Shown: positions 38,080-49,910 of the stretch, one piece after another
How the letters are laid out: each line of letters begins with the position of its first letter
Numbering within the stretch: the first letter of the stretch is position 1
DNA from: Octopus vulgaris
Taxonomy: Eukaryota
Length of the DNA: 64,000 nucleotides
Assembly: GCA_951406725.2 (NCBI GenBank)
Contig: OX597837.1
Span: forward strand, 2,790,001 to 2,854,000
Direction of reading: 5' to 3'
Made by a program: the position numbers and the translations under genes
The notes under the pieces: generated by a model
Databases searched by the model: none
The model's input: only the letters and a program-made list of their open reading frames with translations
Told to the model about the DNA's origin: nothing

Positions 38080-38812
38080 CTTTAAATCACACACATTTTC
38101 GTCTGAAATTATTTTCAAAACTTTTTTTGTTTTTATCGAAAAGACTTCTCCCATTGTTTTTAAGTAGTACAAAAAAAAAAAACCGGCAATTTGCCACATC
38201 TATAACGATACATCTTCTCTCACTTATCAATAGGTACATGGGTAGTAAAACTACATCATTCAGAGAATATTCTTTCTTTCCAATATGAACGCATTTACTA
38301 GCATTTAGGTTTCCATTTTGAGAAATTTTAAAAACTTATTTCTTCATTCACCCTTCTTTTCATCGTTCCAAATGTTCCTCACGAAACTCGAAGCATCGAT
38401 GAAGGGAAATTTAATTTGATTGGAAGTTTTGTCAGTCATGATTGATTCAGGGGCCAAAACGGCAATTAGTCACCAGAAGAGAGCAAGACACGTTTCTATC
38501 TGTCACACTATGACTTTGCATCATTTGGCACAGGATCATCTCCTCCAATGTCCCATCCTCCAATGTCCCATCCCCTCTCAAAGATTTTTGTTTTGCAAGT
38601 TATTTGATGGCCCTACCAGTGCCAGTGCCATGTAAAAAGCATCCAGCCCACACTGTAGACTGGTTTGTGTTAGGAAGAGCATCCAGCTGTAAAAAAACAT
38701 ACCACGACTGACCTCACCTGTGCTGGTGCCATATAAAAAGCACTCAGTCCATTCTCTGAAGTGGATGGTGTTAGGAAGGGCATCTAGCCATAAAAACCAT
38801 GTCAAAACAGAC

Positions 38813-39332
38813 GTCATCATCATCATTGTTTGACCGTGGTTGAGACAATGGAATTTACCATGCTACGGCAGACTTCACAGTCCATCATAGCATTACAGAG
38901 GTCCTGTTGCTGGATGCCTGTATCCCTGGAGATTACATCAGGGTAGGAGAGTGTGCGCCCTCTGGTGTTGTGAGTAGAAAGGGTATGGCCTGGTCAGCCT
39001 GTAATGACATGCATAAGATCTGGTCATCAAATCTAAGTAGAGACTTCAAACTTGAAATCTTCAAAGCCACAGTCGAACCAATTCTACTCTATGGCTCAGA
39101 AACCTGGACATTATCAAAGAAGCTTGAGAGGTGGTTGGATGGAACCTACACTTGCCTCCTTATGAGAGCTCAAAATCTCTCGTGGAAGCATCATCCAACC
39201 AAAATGCAAATATATGGGAAACTACCACCTGTGTCATCTCTTGTGAAAGGTAGGAGAGTCCAGTTTGCTGGACATTGTTGCTGAAAACGAGGTAATTTCT
39301 ACTCTTCTCCTCTGGAAGCCATCTACTCGCAA
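38813..39332 (-). mobile_element. RTE-like LINE 3' fragment with 5' inversion
   Basis: The plus piece encodes ..IFKATVEPILLYGSETWTL..FAGHC; the minus piece 38814-38965 encodes its continuation TRGRTLSYPDVISRDTG.. plus a (GAT)n tail; TSD caaaacagac. Confidence 0.8.
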
Positions 39333-40654
39333 CAAAACAGACAGTGAATCCTGGTGCTGTCCTCTGGTTTGCCAGCTCTTGTCAAACCATCCAACCCATG
39401 CCAGCATAGAAAGCAGATGTTAAATGATGTTAAATGATGATATATGTGTGTGTGTGAAGGCGACTTCAGAAATGCTCTTGTTAAAGTGTTAGAAAGTAGC
39501 AGCATCACAACTATTAGAGTTACTACCAGGGAGAATATCCCTGGTGTGTACAATGGCCTGTGAACAATGTACTCCTGTTGATTTTATAATGGATTCAGTT
39601 CCAAATTCTAAGAACAGTAGTCCACTCCATAATGTGATTGGTGTTAGAGCATCCAGCTGTAAAAAGGCCTGTGAAAACAGAGTGAAGCCTGGTGCAGTCT
39701 CCTGCCTAGCCATCCCCTGTCAAACTGTTCAACCCATTCCAGCATGGAAAACAGGTGTTAAATGACGATGATGATGATTACTGAATATGAGATTCACCTG
39801 AAGACATCATGAATGACCAAAGACCTTCATCCAAGTATAATGTATAATAATTATTGTTTAACCCTTTCATTACCAACCTGGCTGAAACCGACTCTGGTTC
39901 TGAGTACAAATGTCTTGTTTTCATACATTTTGAATTAAAATCTTCCACCAAACCTTACTCACAATTTATCTTCTTAACATTATCTGAATGACAACTAAGT
40001 TATTTTACTAAATTCTTTGTTACATTTAAAGTAATTGAAAGAAACACAGAGCATCTCAAAGTAAAGACAGTAATGAAAGGGTTAATATATGTAACGTTAC
40101 AGTCTGAAGATGTATGGGGTAGTGTCTCTCTCTTTTACTTGTTTCAGTCATTTGACTGCAGCCATGCAGTCAAATTGACCCCGGGACTTATTCTTTGTAA
40201 GCCCAGTACTTATTCTATCGGTCTCTTTTGCCGAACCGCTAAGTGACAGGGACATAAACACACCAGCTTCAGTTGTCAAGCAATGCTAGAGAGACAAATA
40301 CAGACAAACATATATACACACACACACACATATATACATATATACGACAGGCTTCTTTCAGTTTCCGTCTACCAAATCCACTCACAAGGCTTTGGTCAGC
40401 CCGAGGCTATAGCAGAAGACATTTGCCCAAGATGCCACGCAGTGGGACTGAACCCGGAACCATGTGGTTGGTTAGCAAGCTACTTACCACACAGCCCCTC
40501 CTGCGCCTGTGAGTAAATTTTGCACAACTTTGTATAATGTAATTTAAATGACAAATAAAAATATATAGATCAGTTTTTGAGGTAAAAGAATATATCGATA
40601 GTTCAACAATATACAATTCTAGTAGAATTTTACTATTGAATCTCTACTTTTTAT

Positions 40655-41081
40655 TTCGTTTGATTTGGTTTGCAAGATTCTTTATGTGAGTTCGTGTGTT
40701 GAAGCATATTCTGTTGTGTCTGGGGAGAGTCATTTTCTTTTTGTGCCTTACAATTTAACACACTCACTGGTAAAATTTCAATAAAAATAAGAAATATGTG
40801 GAAATTTTACCGGTGAGTGTGTTAACCCTTTAGTGTTCACATTATTCTGCCACAATTAATGCTTTTTTTTATCCACATTGTTTTGAATTAATCATGCATT
40901 ATCTTGTAGCTATGAGATTTTGATGAGGTAGCTGTTCGTTTTTAAAACGATATTGTAGGGTTGGTGAGAGAGACTAGATCTGGCCAGTTTGAACATAAAA
41001 CAGGCAGAATACTTTTGGCCGGATATGGCCAGTTTAAATTATATGGCACACAAAGAAAATGACTCTCCCCAGACACAACAG
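40655..41081. repeat. Inverted-repeat remnant (Penelope-like) split by a TTAA-type insertion
   Basis: tctgttgtgtctggggagagtcattttc..ttaacacactcactggtaaaatttc mirrored by gaaattttaccggtgagtgtgttaa and gaaaatgactctccccagacacaacaga. Confidence 0.6.
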
Positions 41082-41417
41082 ACTCTACTTTTTAATCATT
41101 TTTAATATCTTAAACTATTTCTCTATCATTTCAGGATATGACGGATATTGCCATTAAGGATATATAATTAATATATATCGTCATTTACATAGAAGAGGAA
41201 GATTTTATACAGATGTGCTACAACTCTTGTTTATATAAATTTCTCCATACGTTACTGAGAGTTAGTTCTTCTGAGTGAGACATTCTTCTTCATTGCATAA
41301 AATGTGTATGAGATGGTTTTGTATTCTGCTTAAATTTTGACTGATTTACAAAGTAGTTTGCTACCACTTGCTGATAACAACAGAGATAACATTTGAAGTC
41401 AGAAAAATTAAAGAACA

Positions 41418-42314
41418 ATGGATCTTTCTGAAGAATTGCCAAAGGAGGTGAGAAGATCAGCATATCTCTGTGATATCTGTCAACGAACATTTTCTTTAAA
41501 AAGTAGACTTACCAACCATAAATGTGTACCCACAGAGGAGAAACAATACAACTGTGATACCTGTGGCAAATCATTCTCTCGACTGGATCACTTATATACA
41601 CACAAACGCTTACATACAGGAGAAAGGCCATATACCTGTAATATCTGTGGTAATTCATTCTCTGTAGCAAGTCACCTAAACAGTCATAAACGTACTCATA
41701 CAGGTGAAAAACCATATCATTGTGATATCTGTGGTAAATCATTCTCTCAGACTAATGGCTTAACTAGCCACGTACGTACTCATACAGGTGAGAAACCATA
41801 TCAGTGTAACATTTGTGGGGAATCTTTCTCTGAAAGGGGTAACTTGGCTAAACACAAAAATATTCATACAGGTGAGAAGTCTTATCATTGTGACATCTGT
41901 GGCAAATCATTCTTTCAAAAAGTACATTTGAATTCTCACAGACGTACTCATACAGGTGAGAGACCGTATCACTGTGATGTCTGCGGTACTTCATTCATTT
42001 ATGCCGACACATTAACTAAACACAAACGTACTCACACGGGAGAAAAGCCGTATTGCTGTGATACTTGCGGTAAATCCTTCATTGAAGGAGGTTCATTAAC
42101 TGTTCACAGACGTATTCATACAGGTGAGAAGCCATATCCATGTGATATCTGCGGCATATCATTCTGCCGAACCAATCAGTTAACAGTACATAAAAGACGC
42201 ATTCATACAGGGGAGAAATCATATCACTGCAATAACTGTGGGAGATCATTCACAAGTAGAAGGTCCTTAACTGCTCATAAACGGAATCATTCAAATGAGA
42301 AACCATATAATTGA
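41418..42314 (+). CDS. C2H2 zinc-finger protein 4 (10 finger units)
   Basis: 298-aa tandem C2H2 ORF; acceptor ending at 41134. Confidence 0.93.
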   Translation: MDLSEELPKEVRRSAYLCDICQRTFSLKSRLTNHKCVPTEEKQYNCDTCGKSFSRLDHLYTHKRLHTGERPYTCNICGNSFSVASHLNSHKRTHTGEKPYHCDICGKSFSQTNGLTSHVRTHTGEKPYQCNICGESFSERGNLAKHKNIHTGEKSYHCDICGKSFFQKVHLNSHRRTHTGERPYHCDVCGTSFIYADTLTKHKRTHTGEKPYCCDTCGKSFIEGGSLTVHRRIHTGEKPYPCDICGISFCRTNQLTVHKRRIHTGEKSYHCNNCGRSFTSRRSLTAHKRNHSNEKPYN

Positions 42315-44707
42315 TATCTTCAACGGAGCAAGTCATTTATTGATACAGATGAGACACATTCATACAAAAGAAAAATCATGTGATTACAATATCTCTGGTA
42401 AATCTTTCACTGATGAAAGTAGATTAACTAGTCAAAAATGTATTCATACTGGTCAGAAGCCATATAGTGTTATCATCATCATTTAGTGTTTTTTTTTTCC
42501 AGGCTAGCACGGGTCAGACTATTTGACTAGAGCTGGTAAGTTGTTGAGCTGCACCAGACTCCATTCTGTTGTATGTATTGTAAATTGTTCAAGCTAAATT
42601 AAGCTGAAACATTTTCATACAGGTGAGAAACCAACCAACCTACTGTAATATCTTCGGTGAATGACTATGAAAGGTGTTATTTAACTAAAGACAAATACAC
42701 TCTCACAGGAGAGAACTTATATTACTGGGATGTTGTGGTACATTATTCTCTTAAACAAGTTATATAACTATTCACAGATGTATCTATACAAGAGAAGAAA
42801 CCATTCAGTGTGATATTTGTGTTAAATCTCTCTTCCAAAATAGTGATGCAATTAAGCACAAACTTATACAGGGGGAATAATCTGACATCTGTGGTAAATT
42901 GCTCTGCTTTTATTACTCACAAATGCATTCAGACAGAAGTAAAAATTATAATTCTGTGATATCGGTGGTAAATCATTTTATCAAAATAGTCATTTAACCA
43001 AACACAAATGTATTCAATCCAATGAAAATCTGTACCACATATCTGAGATATCAGTATTCTTATGTGGCCAAGGACATGACAGCCTCTGTAGTGCTGGCTC
43101 TACACCAAAATACATCCAGTACACTTTCAAAGAGACAGTGATATGTAGGGAAGTATTCCCCAAAATGGTGCATAGAATTCAAATGTTTTTCCTCATCTAT
43201 GAAACATGGAATAGAGCCTAATGTCAATTTGTTTCGTTTTTCTTTTCTGGTATTAATAATTCTCCGTTAATTATAAATATTGTTTTGCATTGGTTACTAA
43301 TTCATGCAGTGTTATGAGAATGAATTGAGTTTCAGATTAATCATTTTGTCCATGTTATACTTTGCAATCTGATTCATTCTGAGTTTTGCTCATTCACTAA
43401 AAATATGCTTATTTCAACATAAATGCAGGTTAGAAAAATATAGGATCATAACTTACAGCTATTTTCAAAATCAAATTTCAACTAAAAATTTCAATTCAAA
43501 GGTAAATTTTTCTGCTGCATTTTATTCCAGCATAAAATATAACTTATTACAATAGAATTGATTCAAGATGTTTTTGAGAATAATACAGTTTAGGATAATT
43601 AAAAATCATTGCTGTTGACCGAGATCTTAACTTAAAATGCGTGCTGCTTCACCTTCTGGTATTTAAGCCATCTACCTCAGAAAATTGAAGTATTTGTATG
43701 TTTTATTAATATAGTTATCCCTAGGATGAATCATGTCTCACCAAGGGATCATAGTGTTTATAGCCTTGTTAAGTATCCCAATACCCGGGATTAAAGTTTT
43801 GTCATATGCTGACATTGAAAATTAAAATAGACTCAAATGTCTTTAAATGATGATACCAGTAGCCAAGATTGTGTTGAGTGAATTACTTGTCAACCTCTCC
43901 ATAAATGTGCGTTTTGACCAGCTGCTCTGTGCTTTTTAATACCTGGAATAAAAAACAAATCTCTTGGAATACAGGTAGTTCTTGTGAGGAAAAGCATCTG
44001 TCCAGTCCAATCAAGTATGGGAAAACAAACATTAAATATAATGATTGAAGAAATAATTTTGGTCAATAGACGTGTCTTTTCTCATAGTGATGTCTGAGTA
44101 TAAAACGGAGAGATACAGGCAGCAAAATAAGAGTTGGCAAGGAGTTCTGGGAAGAAATTAGGGTGCTAATAGGTGTAATTCACAGTTTGGTTCTGGGTTT
44201 GATATTATTTATTATGATTCTTGCAGTCATATCAGGAATTTAAGACCATATATATGCTGCAAACATAGTCCTTATAGCAGAGATTGGGGAGGTATTTGGA
44301 TAAGCAATTCCAAATGTGAAAGTGTGGTGGTGGTGAAAAGCAAAGTCGACCTTGGCGGAATTTGAACTCAGAACGTAGCAGCAGACGAAATGCCACTAAG
44401 CATTTCGCCCGGTGTGCTAACGATTCTGCCAGCTCACCACCGGAAGGCTTATAACACCATTGCGAACCTTGGTTATAATCAGTGTCAATCACTCAGTTAA
44501 TTTTGTCGATCCTATTTCACATGCTTCAACCAATCATGTAGAGGGAATGTAGAACAGGGCCAAAAGACAGAATAAAAGAGAAATTGGAACAGCAAGGACA
44601 TGTCTTAATAGTTATTTAGTTGAATTCATGTGGTGATATCACTTTAATGATGATCCGTTCCAGAATCTTTTGAATGGTATGTGAAATGTTTATAATCTAT
44701 AATTTTC

Positions 44708-45231
44708 GGATTTTTCGGTTTGAACGGCAGTTTATTCTAGCGGTGTCATATGAAATTGTCACCCATAATTATGACCCTAGTATCGATCTATTGCATTTCA
44801 ATCTGTTTTAGGGTTAGGGGTGGGGGGAAGGATAGTTTTTTTCTTCACAAATGTAAATAAACCCTATCTGTTTCTTAAACGAGGGACATATTCATACGGC
44901 ACGGAATGTTTTTTTTTTACCTCAATAGACGTCATTGATTGGTTGAAATTGCAGAAATTAAAGAAAAAAACAACAAATATCTTACAAACTATAGAATTTT
45001 CTCAATAAAGCCAAGAGAAAAAGATGTTTTATAAACACATTCTACCAGTATACGAAGTTTAAAAGTGTTTAGTTACGTGGAAATTATTTTAAAAAACTGC
45101 CGGTCAAACCGAAAAGACCTCTAACCCTAAAACAGATTGAAATGCAATAGATCGATACTAGGGTCATAATTATGGGTGACAATTTCATATGACACCGCTA
45201 GAAAAAACTGCCGTTCAAACCGAAAAGATCC
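44708..45231. mobile_element. ~410-bp MITE fused to an inverted copy of its own left end
   Basis: Full copy 44708-45119, followed directly by the reverse complement of its first ~110 bp (45121-45231). Confidence 0.75.
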
Positions 45232-45246
45232 CAGCTTAGAAAAGTA

Positions 45247-47948
45247 GGTTAAACTAAAGCGTTACGCCATTCAAAGAATCAAAAAAAAAATATGTGTAAT
45301 AGGTGTAAAACAACTTCCTATGAACGAATATGAAAAAAAAATGCCCGCACGAGAAAGTGGGGTGGGGGAGATTCCTCGGAAAATTCACATCGGGAATTTC
45401 CGAAAGCGTCTGAGGGATTGACCCGGGCACCAAAACAAAAAAAAAATAGTGTAATATGTGTAAAACAACTTGCTCTAAACGAATATGATAAAAAAAATGC
45501 GCGCTCGCGAAAGGAGGGTGGGGGAGAGGGTTCGGAAATTTCACATCTTCAGTCCACGTCCTTTAAACTAAGAAAAAATTGTGTAATTGGTGTAAAACTA
45601 CTTGTTCTAAACGAGTATCAAGAACACACACTCACACATGAATCATAAACTCCGTATTTTTGTACATATTTCGCAAAAAAAAAAATAAATAAAGAGAAGA
45701 AATTCTGGAAAAAGTGAAGAAATGTTGGATCTCCGCCATGTGAATCAAAATACGTGTCAGAAACATCTTGAAATACTACAGAAATTATGTTACGAAAATG
45801 ATAATGTATACATACCTCTTTGAGTGGTCCATCGACAGTGTTGATAAAGAAATGAGATGGGTTGCGTTTGGAGGAAAAAATTATCTCGGGCCAGGATAAA
45901 GACTTGCTGCTACCAATAAGAATACGTGTATTCTCTTGGCAGCAGGTTTAATGCTGTCCATAAAAAGGAACTTGGCGATGTATTGTTTTAAGTAACAGGC
46001 ACGAATGCCTGGGCGAACAACTGATCTCTTAACTGACCCCCACAATCTCTCTATCGTCTGTGTGTGCACCGACGCGTTTGTCGGATTAACAAAGTTTTCA
46101 CTGTGGTTGATGCGGAAGTGGGTATACCCGAGATTTCCAAGAGAGTTATACGCAGCCCAAGAATCGCTATATACTACCGACCCTTGGCGTATATATCGGG
46201 TAATTAAGGGGATCAGTGTGGCGGCATCTCGCCTTTCCTCTTCACCACACTCAGATGAAAGAGGTATCAAAACTTTTTTTTGCCTATTCACTCTATCCCA
46301 CCGAAAAGCCAGATAGTTTTTGTGAGTCTTCCATGATTGTATTTCCTCCTTACAATAACTGTTTCATCGAACTCTACTTCAACTCCTGGTCCACCGATTT
46401 AGTCCCGGTAATTCTCTATCCAATGCTGACAAACCTCGGAGCAGAAGGATCGCCAATCAATTGAGGTCGGATACGAAATGTTCAAATTTTCCACGACTAA
46501 TGCATGCGACCAACAGTCTGTAAGGAAGTAATTCACAAATAACAGGATTTTACAGGGTGGTAGCTGATTCCGCTCCAAAAATGTGTTGCTGTATAGGGAT
46601 ATTGAATATCCACATTGCGTTGGCCTTTGCCTTCGACGGCGAACAGTCCTTCCACATCGGAAGATGTTTGTATTTTCGCGCAATGTACATGGTAAATTGC
46701 ATCTAGGGCAGTCAACTGTGTTGGGAATGATATTATGTTTTCGAAAGAAATCTAATGCCTCACTGTCATTAGTAAATCGCGAATCCCATCATGTAATGTT
46801 AATTCACATGAATTGCAAAGTGCCATTCTCTATCATACAACTTAACGCTTGTGTATCTACGACTGAAATGAATAAGAACTTGTTCTGTACCAAGGAGCGG
46901 GAAATCCTCCACACCAGAAGATGGGATGAGTAAACACTGGTCAATGAAAGGTCAGTCTTGTCTAAGGACAGTTGTTTACAAGACGATTGTTGGTACCAAG
47001 TTATAGGCCCCTAAGGACAGTGTCCTTAAGGACATTTGATAAGGCATTTCTTGGGCTGCGTATAACTCTCTTGGAAATCTCGGGTATACCCACTTCCGCA
47101 TCAACCACAGTGAAAACTTTGTTAATCCGACAAACGCGTCGGTGCACACACAGACGATAGAGAGATTGTGGGGGTCAGTTAAGAGATCAGTTGTTCGCCC
47201 AGGCATTCGTGCCTGTTACTTAAAACAATACATCGCCAAGTTCCTTTTTATGGACAGCATTAAACCTGCTGCCAAGAGAATACACGTATTCTTATTGGCA
47301 GCAGCAAGTCTTTATCCTGGCCCGAGATAATTTTTTCCTCCAAACGCAACCCATCTCATTTCTTTATCATCACTGTCGATGGACCACTCAAAGAGGTATG
47401 TATACATTATCATTTTCGTAACATAATTTCTGTAGTATTTCAAGATGTTTCTGACACGTATTTTGATTCACATGGCGGAGATCCAACATTTCTTCACTTT
47501 TTCCAGAATTTCTTCTCTTTATTTATTTTTTTTTTTGCGAAATATGTACAAAAATACGGAGTTTATGATTCATGTGTGAGTGTGTGTTCTTGATCCTCGT
47601 TTAGAACAAGTAGTTTTACACCAATTACACAATTTTTTCTTAGTTTAAAGGCCGTGGACTGAAGATGTGAAATTTCCGAACCCTCTCCCCCACCCCCCCC
47701 TTTCGCGAGCGCGCATTTTTTTTATCATATTCGTTTAGAGCAAGTTGTTTTACACATATTACACTATTTTTTTTTTTGTTTTGGTGCCCGGGTCAGATGC
47801 TTTCGGAAATTCCCGATGTGAATTTTCCGAGGCATCTCCCCCACCCCCCTTTCGCGTGCGGGCATTTTTTTTCATATTCGTTCATAGGAAGTTGTTTTAC
47901 ACCTATTTTTTTTTGATTCTTTGAATGGCGTAACGCTTTAGTTTAACC
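45247..47948 (-). mobile_element. Merlin (IS1595/ISXO2-family) DNA transposon with ~900-bp inverted arms
   Basis: Termini ggttaaactaaagcgttacgcc / ggcgtaacgctttagtttaacc; perfect 8-bp TSD gaaaagta (45239-45246, 47949-47956); arms 45247-46163 and 47048-47948. Confidence 0.92.
45881..46835 (-). pseudogene. Merlin/IS1595-family DDE transposase (stop plus frameshift)
   Basis: CPRC..C zinc ribbon; *IGGPGVEVEFDET..RKYNHGR..WLFGGIE; YSDSWAAY..L..GYTH..INHS.NFV....HTQTIERLW. Confidence 0.9.
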
Positions 47949-48233
47949 GAAAAGTATATTATTGTGCCAAATTAAGAAATTTTCGATAAACTTTAATTTT
48001 TTGAAATGCTGACAACCAAACAAACTGCATCCAGATTTTTAAGTAAAATAAAGTCTCTACTTGAAACATTCCAGGACCGCATTGGTCGGAGACTCTACCA
48101 TTCCAGCTATTTTGTTAAGGTTCTTTCTACAGATATTCTATAGAACTTAAAGCCAGCACTGTCTTTTGCTACAACGTTTCGTATCGAGACGTCAGATATA
48201 AACAGACAATGTCATCGCAGGCAAAAGTGGCTA

Positions 48234-48285
48234 ATGAGTGTATATGCCATATTTCGAGGGTTGTTGCCCCTTCTTCAGCACTCAT
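48234..48285 (-). ncRNA. Type-I hammerhead ribozyme, antisense to the ZNF5 promoter
   Basis: Minus strand: atgagtg-CTGAAGA-aggggcaacaaccctc-GAAA-tatggcata-TA-cactcat; 7-bp stem I, AUA triplet. Confidence 0.7.
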
Positions 48286-48329
48286 CTAACCTACGAAGTA
48301 CCACGTACCTATAAATCTTAATGATTACT

Positions 48330-48575
48330 TTTGAGGTTATAATTCTTGGGATCGAAAGTTCGGCTGGAGACGTAAAGTCAGCTTCACTTGCAAATTGTCA
48401 CAAATTAGGATTTTATTGCAGAAGGAAGTTGGAAGCTGAGGGAAGGCAATAAACTTGGAAGTTCTATAGAGAAACATCAATGAATTTCGTTTTAACTATC
48501 AGATATTTGCACTGGTAGTTTGGTGAAAACATATGACTCACTGATTTACTGTTTACACCTGAAAACGGTAAGTTG
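48330..48575 (+). promoter_or_regulatory. Putative promoter/non-coding exon 1 of ZNF gene 5; donor at 48568
   Basis: gatcgaaagttcggctggagacgtaaagtcagcttcacttg; gaaaacg|gtaagttg. Confidence 0.65.
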
Positions 48576-48626
48576 ATAAACGCCTGTTTTAATGCAGTAA
48601 TAATGTATGTAAATAGTAGAATCGTG

Positions 48627-48704
48627 GGTGAACCTTGTAAGTGGCTTTGTTTACATTTATGAAGATAACAGAAACCCTTTTTTCCCACCCCTAACCCTAA
48701 GCCC

Positions 48705-48754
<50 letters not shown>

Positions 48755-48795
48755 CCTTCTTGAAATGTTTCCGGGACGTATATCGAAGTTACGCC
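48627..48795. mobile_element. Merlin-type short MITE in intron 1 of ZNF5
   Basis: TSD gaatcgtg at 48619-48626 and 48796-48803. Confidence 0.8.
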
Positions 48796-49039
48796 GAATC
48801 GTGTTTCACTTGGCTGATAAGGTGATTATATGGAAGTGAAATAGCGGAGTTCTAAACGAAGAACCATTTAACCTGTCGGGATATTATGGATTCTGGATCG
48901 AAGCACACTTTGTAGCTTTTGCGTTTCCTTATTTTGGGGGGAATTGTCAGAAAACTTTCGCCAATTTGGTGCCAGTGGGAGTAACCTAATCGTTTCTACT
49001 GCAGGGTATGGGTTTTCTTGAGTACAGTAAGGCACCATG

Positions 49040-49420
49040 TATCTCAATTTTATGTAATCTAGCCTGAAATGTTCATTGTCCTTAGGTCATTTCTCAGTTC
49101 TTCATCCCATGTATTCCTGGGTCTCCTGCTTCCACTTGTTCTATCTACTTTCAGTCATCAACATTTCGTTATGGGACTATCAGCATCCATGTGCATCACA
49201 TGACCAAACCAGTGCAGTCTTCTCTCTTGCACACAGCATCTAATTCCTCCTATGCCTAACTTCTCTCTCAATACACTAGCACCCTGATAAACATGTACAC
49301 ATACATTACACATCCAGCAGAACATGCTAGACTCATTCCTCTTTAATCTTCACATGTCCTCTGCATTCAAGGCCCACATCTCACTACCATGTAAAATTGC
49401 TGTCCGTATACATACTTCAA
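49040..49420 (-). mobile_element. RTE LINE fragment shared with the ZNF6 intron (57130-57310)
   Basis: Reverse complement encodes LLHGSEMWAL..RMSLACSAGC / RRLHWFGHV-like RT C-terminus; homologous copy upstream of ZNF6. Confidence 0.65.
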
Positions 49421-49910
49421 ATAACAGATGAAGAAGCAGTTTTTAAAGTAAATGAACTTGGTTTTATCAATTTGGAATTAATGTAAAATGTCACTGTAAA
49501 ATCCCTACTTTTTACTTATCTTTAATATCTTACACTGTTTTGCTATCATTTCAGAATATCAGATGAGATTGGTGTTAAAAATATATTCTCAATATTTGTC
49601 ACCATTTACAGAGAAATGGAAGATTTTATACAACTCTTCTGTAAATTTATTTTTTGAGTTACTGAAAGTTCGTCCAAGTGAAACATATCCCCTCATTGTG
49701 TAGAAGGCCTATAAGAGGATTTTGGAGTCTAATTCAGTTTGGACTGATTGACAAAGCAGTAGTTTGCTACCACTTTCTGATAACAACAAAGATAACAGTT
49801 GATGGAGGTATTGCAGTCGAAAGCTTTTCATCAGTGCTGTAATAAGTAAAGAGGATGGAAAATATCAATATAACTATTGTGTGAAATTAAAATAAAAGAA
49901 AAATAAAAGA

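Noticed and set aside
45881-46683. Bacterial IS1595 contamination or recent horizontal transfer
   Set aside because: Integrated with a TSD among host SINEs and has related local MITEs, consistent with a eukaryotic Merlin element
48165-48196. Possible second minus-strand hammerhead (ctgacgtctcgatacgaaacgttgta)
   Set aside because: Core lacks GA at positions 8-9 and no convincing stem II or stem I
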